Position numbers and translations under genes: made by a program. From Chthonomonadaceae bacterium (GTDB lineage Bacteria; Armatimonadota; Chthonomonadetes; Chthonomonadales; Chthonomonadaceae): a stretch of DNA of 46,296 bases. Below the pieces are notes generated by a model that saw only the letters and a program-made list of their open reading frames with translations, did not search any database and was not told the origin of the DNA. The stretch lies in contig DASRGZ010000218.1 of NCBI GenBank assembly GCA_035650735.1, positions 1 to 46,296 on the forward strand, given 5' to 3'. How positions within the stretch are numbered: position 1 is the stretch's first letter; every line of letters begins with the position of its first letter. Shown here piece by piece: positions 1 through 7,642 of the stretch.

Positions 1-137
1 ATCGTTCGGATCGTTGCGATCTGAGCTTGTTTCAGATCGGTTTACTCTGGATCGAGTATTGCCTCAACGAAGGCTTACCGGTTCCGGTGCCACTCTGGAT
101 CAGACGGTTCTGTCCCGACAGGAAAAGTGTACGGTAG
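1..137 (+). mobile_element. 3' end of a probable IS4-family transposase (cut by window edge)
   Basis: Frame 3 is open from the edge: RSDRCDLSLFQIGLLWIEYCLNEGLPVPVPLWIRRFCPDRKSVR*. The DLSLFQIG-L-W motif resembles IS4-type transposase C-termini as I recall them. Only about 44 codons are visible. Confidence 0.5.
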
Positions 138-180
138 TGAAACCGGACGATAAGGAAACGGCGAGTCAATAGCGCTCACG

Positions 181-633
181 TTAGTTGTCGTTGCTGGGGG
201 TGATGAGGGCGTCGGCATCGGAGGCGCTGGTCGTATCCTCTAGGCAACCCTTCCCCGTTTCGCTTTCGGCATCGGCCTGAAGACCAAAATGGCTCAAAAT
301 CATGCGGAAACCTGGCGTGCAGCTCTGTAGGCAACGTTGAACGGTGCATTCATTGGGATGAATGGCCTCCAGGTCTGGGCCAAAGGCCACGTGTATCGCC
401 TCCGTCTCTGACTCCTGGTCGGGCTCTTCTGTAGAGCCGGTGAGGAAGCGCTTGGAGGCGCCGATGGTCAGTTTGCCGACGATCTCCTGGGCGGTCTCCG
501 TAGCAGCCAGCAAGCCCATCATGCGTTCTGCCAGCGCGCAGCGACGGATAGGCACGCGCAAGACCACGGGGGCATTGGAAAGGCGTATCTCTTCAACTTC
601 GATTGAAAAGTGATGGCATCGAGTTTGTTCCAT
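181..633 (-). CDS. Hypothetical Cys-patterned protein (150 aa), paralogue of 681..1082
   Basis: ORF from MEQTRCHH. Shares RCxH, IRRCxLxER, GPDLEA, CxVxRCxxxCTP and FGL motifs with the neighbouring ORF. Confidence 0.8.
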   Translation of the reverse strand: MEQTRCHHFSIEVEEIRLSNAPVVLRVPIRRCALAERMMGLLAATETAQEIVGKLTIGASKRFLTGSTEEPDQESETEAIHVAFGPDLEAIHPNECTVQRCLQSCTPGFRMILSHFGLQADAESETGKGCLEDTTSASDADALITPSNDN

Positions 634-680
634 GGAGTGCGCCTCATACGGAGCAGGGTTCAGTTGTACGCTCTCTGCCC

Positions 681-1082
681 CTATACATACGTCGTTGAGG
701 AGGGGGCATCCTGCGACGTATCCTTTTCCTCCTCCGGATCCTCGCACGTGATCTCCGTTTCGCCGGAATCACTAAGCCCAAAACGTTCCAGATGCTGGTG
801 GTAAGCCGGTGTGCAACGCTTCTCGCAGCGGCCTACCAGGCAAGAGCGCTGTGTTACCGCTTCCAGGTCGGGCCCGACAAAGGCAAATTCCTTGCCGTTG
901 GTGGCATGGATGACGAGTTTTTCGGCTAGAAGAGCGCCGTCATTGGAATGACGTAAAAGACGGATCAGGCGTTCCGTTAACAGACAACGACGTATGGCCA
1001 GATACGCAGGCGGGCCCTCCAGTCCTAATGGCTCCGAATAAAGCTGGTAGTGCGGACAGCGCTTTGTATGCTCTTCATCCAT
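681..1082 (-). CDS. Hypothetical Cys-patterned protein (133 aa), paralogue of 181..633
   Basis: ATG at 1082 preceded by an AAGGAGGG RBS (1090-1097). Same Cys motifs as the neighbour; acidic tail. Confidence 0.82.
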   Translation of the reverse strand: MDEEHTKRCPHYQLYSEPLGLEGPPAYLAIRRCLLTERLIRLLRHSNDGALLAEKLVIHATNGKEFAFVGPDLEAVTQRSCLVGRCEKRCTPAYHQHLERFGLSDSGETEITCEDPEEEKDTSQDAPSSTTYV

Positions 1083-1177
1083 CAAGACACCCTCCTTGTC
1101 AACGTGTGCGTGTTGAATCGGACCGGCACAAATATGGGCCTGGAGCCGCGAACAGGAGTGCGGCTTCGGCATGGGGA

Positions 1178-1205
1178 ACTCATCCGGCAGGGCGGAAATT
1201 CCTGC
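1178..1205 (-). promoter_or_regulatory. sigmaH-like promoter motif (GCAGGAATT-N12-GATGAGT)
   Basis: Resembles the Bacillus sigmaH consensus RNAGGAWWW-N11/12-RNNGAAT. Faces the 1082 gene. Same geometry at 1344-1371 and 41526-41553. Confidence 0.35.
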
Positions 1206-1343
1206 CACGGTTTGCAAATGGAGACAGGCGCCTCGCGCCCGGAAGCAGTTTCGAACTCCAGACGCTCTACCGCCAGGATAGCTTCTAAGCCCGTGTTACA
1301 GCGCAGGAAGAGGTCTTACAGAGGAAAACAGATCTGCCCCCAA

Positions 1344-1371
1344 TTTCCCGATACGGCGGCCAGATTCCTGC
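1344..1371 (-). promoter_or_regulatory. sigmaH-like promoter motif (GCAGGAATC-N12-CGGGAAA)
   Basis: Second copy of the motif, just downstream of the gyrB terminator, facing the Cys-rich pair. Confidence 0.35.
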
Positions 1372-1393
1372 ACATGCGGGGCCATTAGCAGGC

Positions 1394-1440
1394 AAAAAAA
1401 ATAAAAACGCGCGAGGAGGCGATACCAACCTCCTCGCGCG
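1394..1440 (-). terminator. Rho-independent terminator downstream of gyrB
   Basis: Perfect 12-bp stem CGCGCGAGGAGG/CCTCCTCGCGCG followed on the minus strand by a long U tract. Confidence 0.85.
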
Positions 1441-1453
1441 CTAAGAGTTCTTG

Positions 1454-1569
1454 ACCTAACCCCCCTTCCCCCGTCCCTAGCGAGGAACGAGCGAGTAGGG
1501 AAGGGGGGAACCCGGCTCTTCCGTTCCCCCTCTCCCACGCTGTGGGAGAGGGGGACAGGGGGTGAGGGC
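1454..1569. repeat. REP-like GC-rich double-hairpin element
   Basis: ACCTAACCCCCC...GGGAAGGGGG...CCCGGCT...CCCCTCTCCC-N-GTGGGAGAGGGG...GGGGGTGAGGGC. A closely related copy lies at 24180-24278; half-elements lie at 4607-4650 and 33358-33397. Confidence 0.8.
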
Positions 1570-1701
1570 TGCTCCCTCCCCTGTTGTTGGGGATCGCCAA
1601 GCGGAGGGCTGTCGCAAGGTGTCGCCAGGCGGAGGCAAGGGCCGTAACCTTGCCGACCCTAGCAGTGGGGAAGGGGGTGGGGGCCAGAGAGGTACTGGAG
1701 A

Positions 1702-3915
1702 TTAACCGTGCCAGTCTACGTCGGTGACCTCTTTAGCGTGGGCTACGATGAAGTCCCGGCGCGGCTCGACTTTGTCGCTCATAAAGATGTCGAACATCTC
1801 TACGGCGGCAGTCAGGTTCTCCGAGTCGATCTGGACCTGTGCCAGCCGGCGCTTGTCGGCGTCCATCGTCGTCTCGGCAAGGTCAATAGCGTCCATCTCG
1901 CCCAGCCCTTTGAAGCGGGTGACCGTCACATCGCGCTTGCTACGCAGGCTCTTGAGGACGGCGTCCCGCTCGGCCTCGTTCTTAGCGTAGTACTGGTCGT
2001 TCTTGCCGACCTTGATCCGGTAGAGCGGCGGCTGGGCGATATAGACATGGCCTGTCTCGATCAGTGGGCGCATGTAGTGCCAGAAGAAGGTCAGCAGCAG
2101 CGTGCGAATGTGGTCGCCGTCCACATCGGCGTCGGTCATGATGATGATCTTGTCGTAGCGCAGCTTAGACAGGTCGTAGTTGTTGCCGTTCTTCTCCTTG
2201 CCGTTGCCTTCCTCGGCGCTGTGCCCGTTACCGTTGCCGTTCTCTTCCTCATCGCTGCCGTAGCAGATGCCGGTGCCCAGGGCCGTGATCATGGCGCGGA
2301 TCTCTTCGTTCTCCAGCACCTTGTCCACGCGCGTCTTACCGGCGTTGAGGATCTTGCCGCGCAGCGGGAGGACGGCCTGCGTGCGCCGGTCGCGGCCCTG
2401 CTTGGCCGGGCCGCCTGCCGAGTCGCCCTCGACCAGGAACAGTTCGCATTTCTTCGGATCGCGCTCGGTGCAGTCGGCGAGCTTGCCGGGCAAGGAATTA
2501 GACTCCAGCGCGCTCTGCCGCTTGACCAGCTCAGCGGCTTTGCGGGCCGCGTCGCGGGCGCGCTGGGCCGTCAACGCCTTCTCGATGATCTTGCGGGCGA
2601 CCGACGGGTTCTCCTCCAGGTACTCCGACAGCTTCTCGTAGACAATGGTGTTGACGATGCCCTCCACCTCGTTGTTGCTGAGCTTGACTTTGGTCTGCGA
2701 CTCGAACTGCGGATGCGTCAGCTTGACCGAGATAACGGCGGAGAGACCTTCGCGGACATCGTCGCCGCTGAAGTTGTCTTCCTTCTCCTTAAGAATGCCG
2801 TTCTTGCGCGCGTAGTTGTTGAGCACGCGGGTGAGCGCGGTCTTGAACCCGGAAAGGTGCGTGCCGCCATCGGGCGTGTTGATGGCATTGGCAAAGGTCA
2901 GGATGGTTTCGTGCTGGTAACCCAGCGTATACTGCATGGCGATCTCAACGATGGTCGACTCGCGCACGCCGCCAAAGTAGATCGGCTTGTGGAGCGGGTC
3001 TTTGGTCTCATTGAGGTGCTCTACGTACTCGGCCAGGCCCTTAGGATAGTGGAAGACCTTGGTGACCGGCTTGCCGGGCATTGGCTGCTGGCTCTCGCCC
3101 TCTTCGAGGCTCTCCTCCACCTCTATCGGCTCGACGTCGCGCTCGTTGGTGAAGGTGAGCGTGACTTCCTTGTTCAGATAGGCCAGCTCGCGCAGGCGGC
3201 GCTCGATCTTCTCCGCGTCGTACCGGTGATCGCCAAAGATGAGAGGATCGGCGTGCCAGCGTACCAACGTGCCGTGCTCGCTGGGCTTACACTTGCCCAC
3301 AACACGCAGCGGTACGGTGGTGATGCCGCGCTCAAAGCGGATCTTATGCACCTTGCCCTCGCGCCAGACGGTGACTTCCAGCCAGTCGGAGGTCGCGTTA
3401 ACGCAGGAGACGCCGACGCCGTGCAGACCGCCGGAGACCTTGTAGGCGCCGCTGTCGAACTTACCGCCCGCGTGCAGCTTGGTTAGCGCCAATTCGACGC
3501 CGGGCATGTTGTACTCTTTGTTGATGTCTACCGGGAAGCCGCGCCCGTTGTCCTTGACGGAGACGCTGTCGTCGGCGTGCAGGGTGACATCAATCCGGTT
3601 GCAGACGCCGGCCATCGCCTCATCAATGGCGTTGTCGCTGACTTCGACGAAGAGATGATGCAGGCCCTTGGCGTCGGTGCCGCCGATATACATGGCGGGA
3701 CGACGGCGCACGGCCTCCAACCCTTCCAACACCTGAATCTGCGCGGCGTTGTACTCAACCGATACGTGCCCTATGGAATCGGCCTTTTCCAGCTGCGCGA
3801 TCTCCGCTGCCAGTTCCTCTGCGGTGCGCACAGGCGCTTCGCTGCTGCCGTTCTTCTTCGTCTCCGTGATGCCTGGATCATCCAGGGGGACTTTTGTCGC
3901 CGCCTTACTTGCCAT
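1702..3915 (-). CDS. gyrB: DNA gyrase (type IIA topoisomerase) subunit B
   Basis: [29 protein letters not shown] (GHKL ATPase), [24 protein letters not shown] (Toprim), [16 protein letters not shown] upstream. ParE cannot be fully excluded. Confidence 0.88.
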   Translation of the reverse strand: MASKAATKVPLDDPGITETKKNGSSEAPVRTAEELAAEIAQLEKADSIGHVSVEYNAAQIQVLEGLEAVRRRPAMYIGGTDAKGLHHLFVEVSDNAIDEAMAGVCNRIDVTLHADDSVSVKDNGRGFPVDINKEYNMPGVELALTKLHAGGKFDSGAYKVSGGLHGVGVSCVNATSDWLEVTVWREGKVHKIRFERGITTVPLRVVGKCKPSEHGTLVRWHADPLIFGDHRYDAEKIERRLRELAYLNKEVTLTFTNERDVEPIEVEESLEEGESQQPMPGKPVTKVFHYPKGLAEYVEHLNETKDPLHKPIYFGGVRESTIVEIAMQYTLGYQHETILTFANAINTPDGGTHLSGFKTALTRVLNNYARKNGILKEKEDNFSGDDVREGLSAVISVKLTHPQFESQTKVKLSNNEVEGIVNTIVYEKLSEYLEENPSVARKIIEKALTAQRARDAARKAAELVKRQSALESNSLPGKLADCTERDPKKCELFLVEGDSAGGPAKQGRDRRTQAVLPLRGKILNAGKTRVDKVLENEEIRAMITALGTGICYGSDEEENGNGNGHSAEEGNGKEKNGNNYDLSKLRYDKIIIMTDADVDGDHIRTLLLTFFWHYMRPLIETGHVYIAQPPLYRIKVGKNDQYYAKNEAERDAVLKSLRSKRDVTVTRFKGLGEMDAIDLAETTMDADKRRLAQVQIDSENLTAAVEMFDIFMSDKVEPRRDFIVAHAKEVTDVDWHG

Positions 3916-4150
3916 TTGCAGGGTATCCTCCGTTTGGGCGCGGGCCGCGCCGTTTCCATCTGTCTATTCCACACGCCGCCCCGCTTTTCCTTAACGCTGG
4001 CGCCAGGAAAGCCCTTCCGCTCTTTCGGGCGGCTGCAATGCCGCAACCAACAAACGTAAGGTCCCTGTGCCAACCGGACAGCGCCCGGAGCAACAAGCGG
4101 GGAAACAAACGATAGACAATGAGTATCAATATCTTTGTAAAAGCTGCATT

Positions 4151-4179
4151 ATTGTAGCACAAAAGTAGACAAAAGTCAA
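4151..4179 (-). promoter_or_regulatory. sigma70 promoter for gyrB
   Basis: Minus strand TTGACT-17 bp-TACAAT with extended -10 TG. Confidence 0.8.
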
Positions 4180-4412
4180 GACCCTGCGGTGTTACCGACC
4201 ATACATTTGCGGGTATGACCGGCAGGAGTCAGGGCGCTGAGATGGAGCGTTTGTCGGCCTGGCTCATACTGCGGGAGACCTCCGGGAACGCCTCCAGGGA
4301 AACCGATCCTGGTCTTTTATCTTTCTATCTCTCTACGGGAGATACGCCGAAAATAGCGGAAAGCCGACAGAGCTGGACGGGCCATCGGTCTGTGCCAACG
4401 CGCCGGAGCGGG

Positions 4413-4441
4413 TTGACGCCGTTCGGTGCGCGTGTTATAAT
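4413..4441 (+). promoter_or_regulatory. sigma70 promoter facing gmk
   Basis: TTGACG-17 bp-TATAAT with extended -10 TG. Confidence 0.85.
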
Positions 4442-4606
4442 TGCGGGACAAGAAGATCCCTCGCGAGTGTCAAAACGAGAACAAGAGAGAGATTTCTTGC
4501 CTTCTTATGGCAATTGATGACGTATTAGTTCTATTCGCTCCCGCGTTTTCTTTACGGGTGGCTCAAGCCGCAGCAACCAAGGCACAAAGTCGCCCTACGG
4601 CGACTG

Positions 4607-4650
4607 CCCTCATCCCCGGCCCCTCTCCCGCAGCGCCGGGAGAGGGGAGA
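4607..4650. repeat. REP-like hairpin (half element)
   Basis: CCCTCATCCCCGGCCCCTCTCCCG-cagcgc-CGGGAGAGGGGAGA; same family as 1454-1569. Confidence 0.7.
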
Positions 4651-4767
4651 AACGAACCCGCGCAGGCGGGTTTAGTGCCTTAGTTGCCGCGAATTCATTC
4701 GCCCGCAACCAAAACGGAAGGAACCTGAAGGCCGCGCTGGGGGTAGGATGGATATGGAGAGTGCTGC

Positions 4768-5403
4768 TTGAACCCTGGGAATGTCTGCCTGCCTACAGAT
4801 AGCGCCGAGCCCGCCTCTAGTCCGGCACGGCGCGGGCTGCTCTTTGTCGTCTCCGGGCCTTCGGGTGTGGGGAAGGACACGCTGCTGGATCGACTCCTGG
4901 AACGCGTCTCCGGCGTGGTCCGCAGTGTCAGCGCCACGACCCGCACGCCCCGCCCCGGCGAGATACATGGCGTAGACTACTTTTTCCTGACGCGGTCGGA
5001 GTTTGAAACAGGCATCGCGCAGGATCTTTTTCTGGAGTACGCTCCCTACGGCGAAAACCTCTACGGCACGCCGCGCCAGGAGGTCGCCCGATTATTGGAG
5101 CGCGGCCTGGATGTCATTCTCAAGATCGAGGTGAAAGGCGCGCTGCTGGTGCGCCGCCTGGCGCCGGAGGCCATTCTCATCTTTATCCAGCCGCCTTCGC
5201 TCCAGGAATTGGAGCGCCGTCTGCGCGCGCGCGGCACCGACAGCGAGGATCGTATCGCCGCGCGCCTGGACATCGCCCGCACCGAACTGGTCTGCATTCC
5301 TCAGTACGATTACCTGGTCACCAACGACGACCTGGAGGCGGCGGTGGACGCGCTGCGCTCTATTATCCTTGCCGAGCGCTGCCGCATCCGACACGGCTCC
5401 TGA
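4768..5403 (+). CDS. gmk: Guanylate kinase
   Basis: SGPSGVGKDT P-loop, SATTRTPRPGEIHGVDYFF, YGTP, IFIQPPSLQELERRL. Confidence 0.97.
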   Translation: MNPGNVCLPTDSAEPASSPARRGLLFVVSGPSGVGKDTLLDRLLERVSGVVRSVSATTRTPRPGEIHGVDYFFLTRSEFETGIAQDLFLEYAPYGENLYGTPRQEVARLLERGLDVILKIEVKGALLVRRLAPEAILIFIQPPSLQELERRLRARGTDSEDRIAARLDIARTELVCIPQYDYLVTNDDLEAAVDALRSIILAERCRIRHGS

Positions 5404-5434
5404 GATTTATGCCGGCTCACTTCCTTTCGACTGT

Positions 5435-5798
5435 ATGCCTGATCTACAATTTGCACATCCAGAAGCGACAATCAGAAGCGGGAGCGGATACCCGGATTGG
5501 TCTAAGAAATCCACGCAAGAGATTATTGAACTCAAGTTGCTACCTTGCCTCTTCGAGAAGGCAAACGGTGATGCAAAAGCCGGTTTCCAGAGCGATTCTC
5601 TCTCAAACGTGTTCCTAGGTAGCAACTTGGGTTATTGACTCTCTCAAGCCAGGAGCAAAAGATCCGTTAAGAGTATATCCAGAGGGAGTAATAGCAGATG
5701 GGAACACGCGTATCAGAATCTTGATGGATAGAGGAGTAGAGGTTAACAGATGGGCGCGTGTGCCCCAAAACCGCGCTTCCTTACCCGGCCAGCCATAG
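5435..5798 (+). pseudogene. MITE-interrupted ParB/Srx-like small protein (polymorphic-toxin C-terminal type), 84 aa when repaired
   Basis: Deleting 5529-5637 (MITE plus one TSD) gives an uninterrupted frame: MPDLQFAHPEATIRSGSGYPDWSKKSTQEIIDSLKPGAKDPLRVYPEGVIADGNTRIRILMDRGVEVNRWARVPQNRASLPGQP*. It has a ParB-like PLxV...IxDGNTR motif. Confidence 0.72.
5529..5633. mobile_element. 105-bp MITE, copy 1
   Basis: 16-bp terminal inverted repeats AAC(T/C)CAAGTTGCTACC; 4-bp TSD ATTG (5525-5528 and 5634-5637). Near-identical inverted copy at 17575-17679. Confidence 0.92.
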
Positions 5799-5818
5799 TC
5801 AGTGGGGGAGGGTGTATT

Positions 5819-6187
5819 ATGACTCTTTCACACATCGCTTCAAAGTACGATAGCTTCTCCCAAGAGAATCTGATCCTCTTTCTTACCTGCTTAATACATG
5901 AACTAACCATTACGATGCGTGGATACTACTCAGCTACCCCACAAGTAGTGAATAGTGACATCGGCTCCAGAGTCGGCATTCTTAACGAGATAGAGCATCG
6001 GGTAGCAGGATTTCTCAGAGACATAGTTATTGGAGTTCCCGAACGAGCAACAGGAGAAAGCCTTCTCGATACTATCTTTGGTTGGGCAAAACACGCTCAC
6101 CTTGAACAAGAGATGGCCTGGGCGCTTGAATCGGCTTTATCAAAGGTTGACCAACTTTCTCCGCTTCTCAAACTGGCATGGACTTAG
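5819..6187 (+). CDS. Hypothetical helical protein (122 aa), candidate immunity/antitoxin partner
   Basis: GGGGGAGG RBS before ATG 5819. Visibly more AT-rich than the flanks. Directly follows the repaired ParB-like ORF; stop overlaps the coaBC start. Confidence 0.7.
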   Translation: MTLSHIASKYDSFSQENLILFLTCLIHELTITMRGYYSATPQVVNSDIGSRVGILNEIEHRVAGFLRDIVIGVPERATGESLLDTIFGWAKHAHLEQEMAWALESALSKVDQLSPLLKLAWT

Positions 6188-7401
6188 CCGGTAAGCAAAT
6201 TCTGTTGGGCGTGAGCGGCAGTATTGCCGCATACAAGGCCGCCGACCTGTGCAGCCAGCTTGGCAAGCTTGGCGCAGAGGTGCATGTCGTGCTGACGGCG
6301 CATGCGGCGCAATTCGTCGGCCCGGCCACCTTCCGCGCCCTCACCCGCAACCCTGTCCTCACGGATGTGTTTGACGAGCCGCACGCCCGCCGCATCGCCC
6401 ACATTGACCTGGCCCAGTCCGCCGATCTGGTTGTCGTCGCCCCGGCCTCCGCCGACGTGCTGGCGAAGATGGCGCACGGCCTCGCCGACGACATGCTGAC
6501 CACCTGCCTGCTGGCTACGCCTGCGGCCACGCCCGTGCTGGTCGCGCCCGCCATGAATACGGTCATGTGGGAGCATCCGGCCACCGTCTCCAACCTGGAA
6601 ACATTGCGGACGCGCGGCGTGCAGATTGTGCAGCCGGGCTACGGCGTGCTGGCCTGCCAGGATGTCGGCTACGGCAAGCTGGCCGACGTGCCTGAGATCG
6701 TGCGCGCCGTCGTGGATCGGCTGGCGCAGGCCCGGGATCTGGCCGGGCGTCGATTCCTGATCACCGCCGGGGCGACCCGCGAGCCACTTGACCCCGTGCG
6801 CTTTCTCTCCAACCGTTCTAGCGGCAAGATGGGCTATGCGATTGCGGCGGAGGCGGAGGCGCGCGGGGCGCAGGTCACGCTCGTCAGCGGGTTTGCCACC
6901 GCGCCGGCCCCGCAGGGCGTGAAGATCGTGCGTGTCGGCAGCGCGGACGAGATGCTGGCGGCGTGCGCGGCGCGTTTCCCAGAGTGTGACGCCTTCATCG
7001 CCGCCGCCGCCGTCGCCGACTATGCCCCGCAAGAGATCGCACCCCAAAAGATCAAGAAGCCGGAAGAGATGGAAGGCGAAATTCTGACGCTGCGCCTGCG
7101 GCGCACGCCCGACATCCTGGCCACCCTTGCTGCGCAGAAGCGGCCCGGCCAGATCGTCGTCGGGTTCGCCGCCGAGACGGAAAATCTCCTTGCCAACGCC
7201 CGCAAGAAGCTGGAAGCCAAGCGCCTCGACCTTCTGATCGCCAACGACGTGACCGCCAAGGGCGCGGGCTTCGACGCCGAGACCAATATCGTCACCCTCC
7301 TCTGGCCGGATGGCCGCGCGGAGTCCCTGCCTCAACTCCCCAAGCGCGAGGTCGCCCGTCACCTCCTCGATGCCGTTCGCCCGCTGCTGTCCGGCGCATA
7401 A
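6178..7401 (+). CDS. coaBC: Bifunctional phosphopantothenoylcysteine decarboxylase / phosphopantothenate-cysteine ligase
   Basis: GVSGSIAAYK, PAMNTVM, ITAGATREPLDPVRFLSNRSSGKMG, AAAVADY, VGFAAET, IANDV. Confidence 0.97.
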   Translation: MDLAGKQILLGVSGSIAAYKAADLCSQLGKLGAEVHVVLTAHAAQFVGPATFRALTRNPVLTDVFDEPHARRIAHIDLAQSADLVVVAPASADVLAKMAHGLADDMLTTCLLATPAATPVLVAPAMNTVMWEHPATVSNLETLRTRGVQIVQPGYGVLACQDVGYGKLADVPEIVRAVVDRLAQARDLAGRRFLITAGATREPLDPVRFLSNRSSGKMGYAIAAEAEARGAQVTLVSGFATAPAPQGVKIVRVGSADEMLAACAARFPECDAFIAAAAVADYAPQEIAPQKIKKPEEMEGEILTLRLRRTPDILATLAAQKRPGQIVVGFAAETENLLANARKKLEAKRLDLLIANDVTAKGAGFDAETNIVTLLWPDGRAESLPQLPKREVARHLLDAVRPLLSGA

Positions 7402-7459
7402 AGTGTAAACCACCCGCTGCGCTAAAGACACGGAGGAGACGCAGAGAAAAGTCGGAGCG

Positions 7460-7506
7460 GTTTTTAAGCTGGTTTTAATCTGGTTTTAAGCTTGTCCCTG
7501 TATAAT
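7460..7506 (+). promoter_or_regulatory. Three tandem 11-bp boxes over the -35 region plus a TATAAT -10 element
   Basis: GTTTTTAAGCT/GGTTTTAATCT/GGTTTTAAGCT at 7460-7492; TATAAT at 7501-7506; upstream of the 7643 gene. Confidence 0.65.
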
Positions 7507-7642
7507 ATTCGGTTAGAACCCGATCCCTCGCTTTCATCGGCAGCGCTATACACAGCAGTGAGGCCCACGAACGCTCAATCTCAAACTATGCCTCTGTAGA
7601 GGAGTGCTGCCCGCTTCATATGGCCCGCAGGAGACATCATCA

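Noticed and set aside
1708..3486. 592-aa ORF antisense to gyrB, and similar long ORFs at 6184-7431, 12490-14685, 18943-20130, 27609-28652, 30957-31955, 36560-37780, 40021-41460 and 43443-44918
   Set aside because: Shadow frames of well-supported genes in GC-rich DNA, with no recognisable motifs.
5369..5638. ORF-track peptides sharing LLPCLFEKANGDAK / LPRNTFERESLWK (also 17105-17681) and MRLIHTAGSVY / MWINLTQPAAEEIR (29198-29826, 32428-33325) as a protein family
   Set aside because: They are translations of the MITE sequences, not genes.
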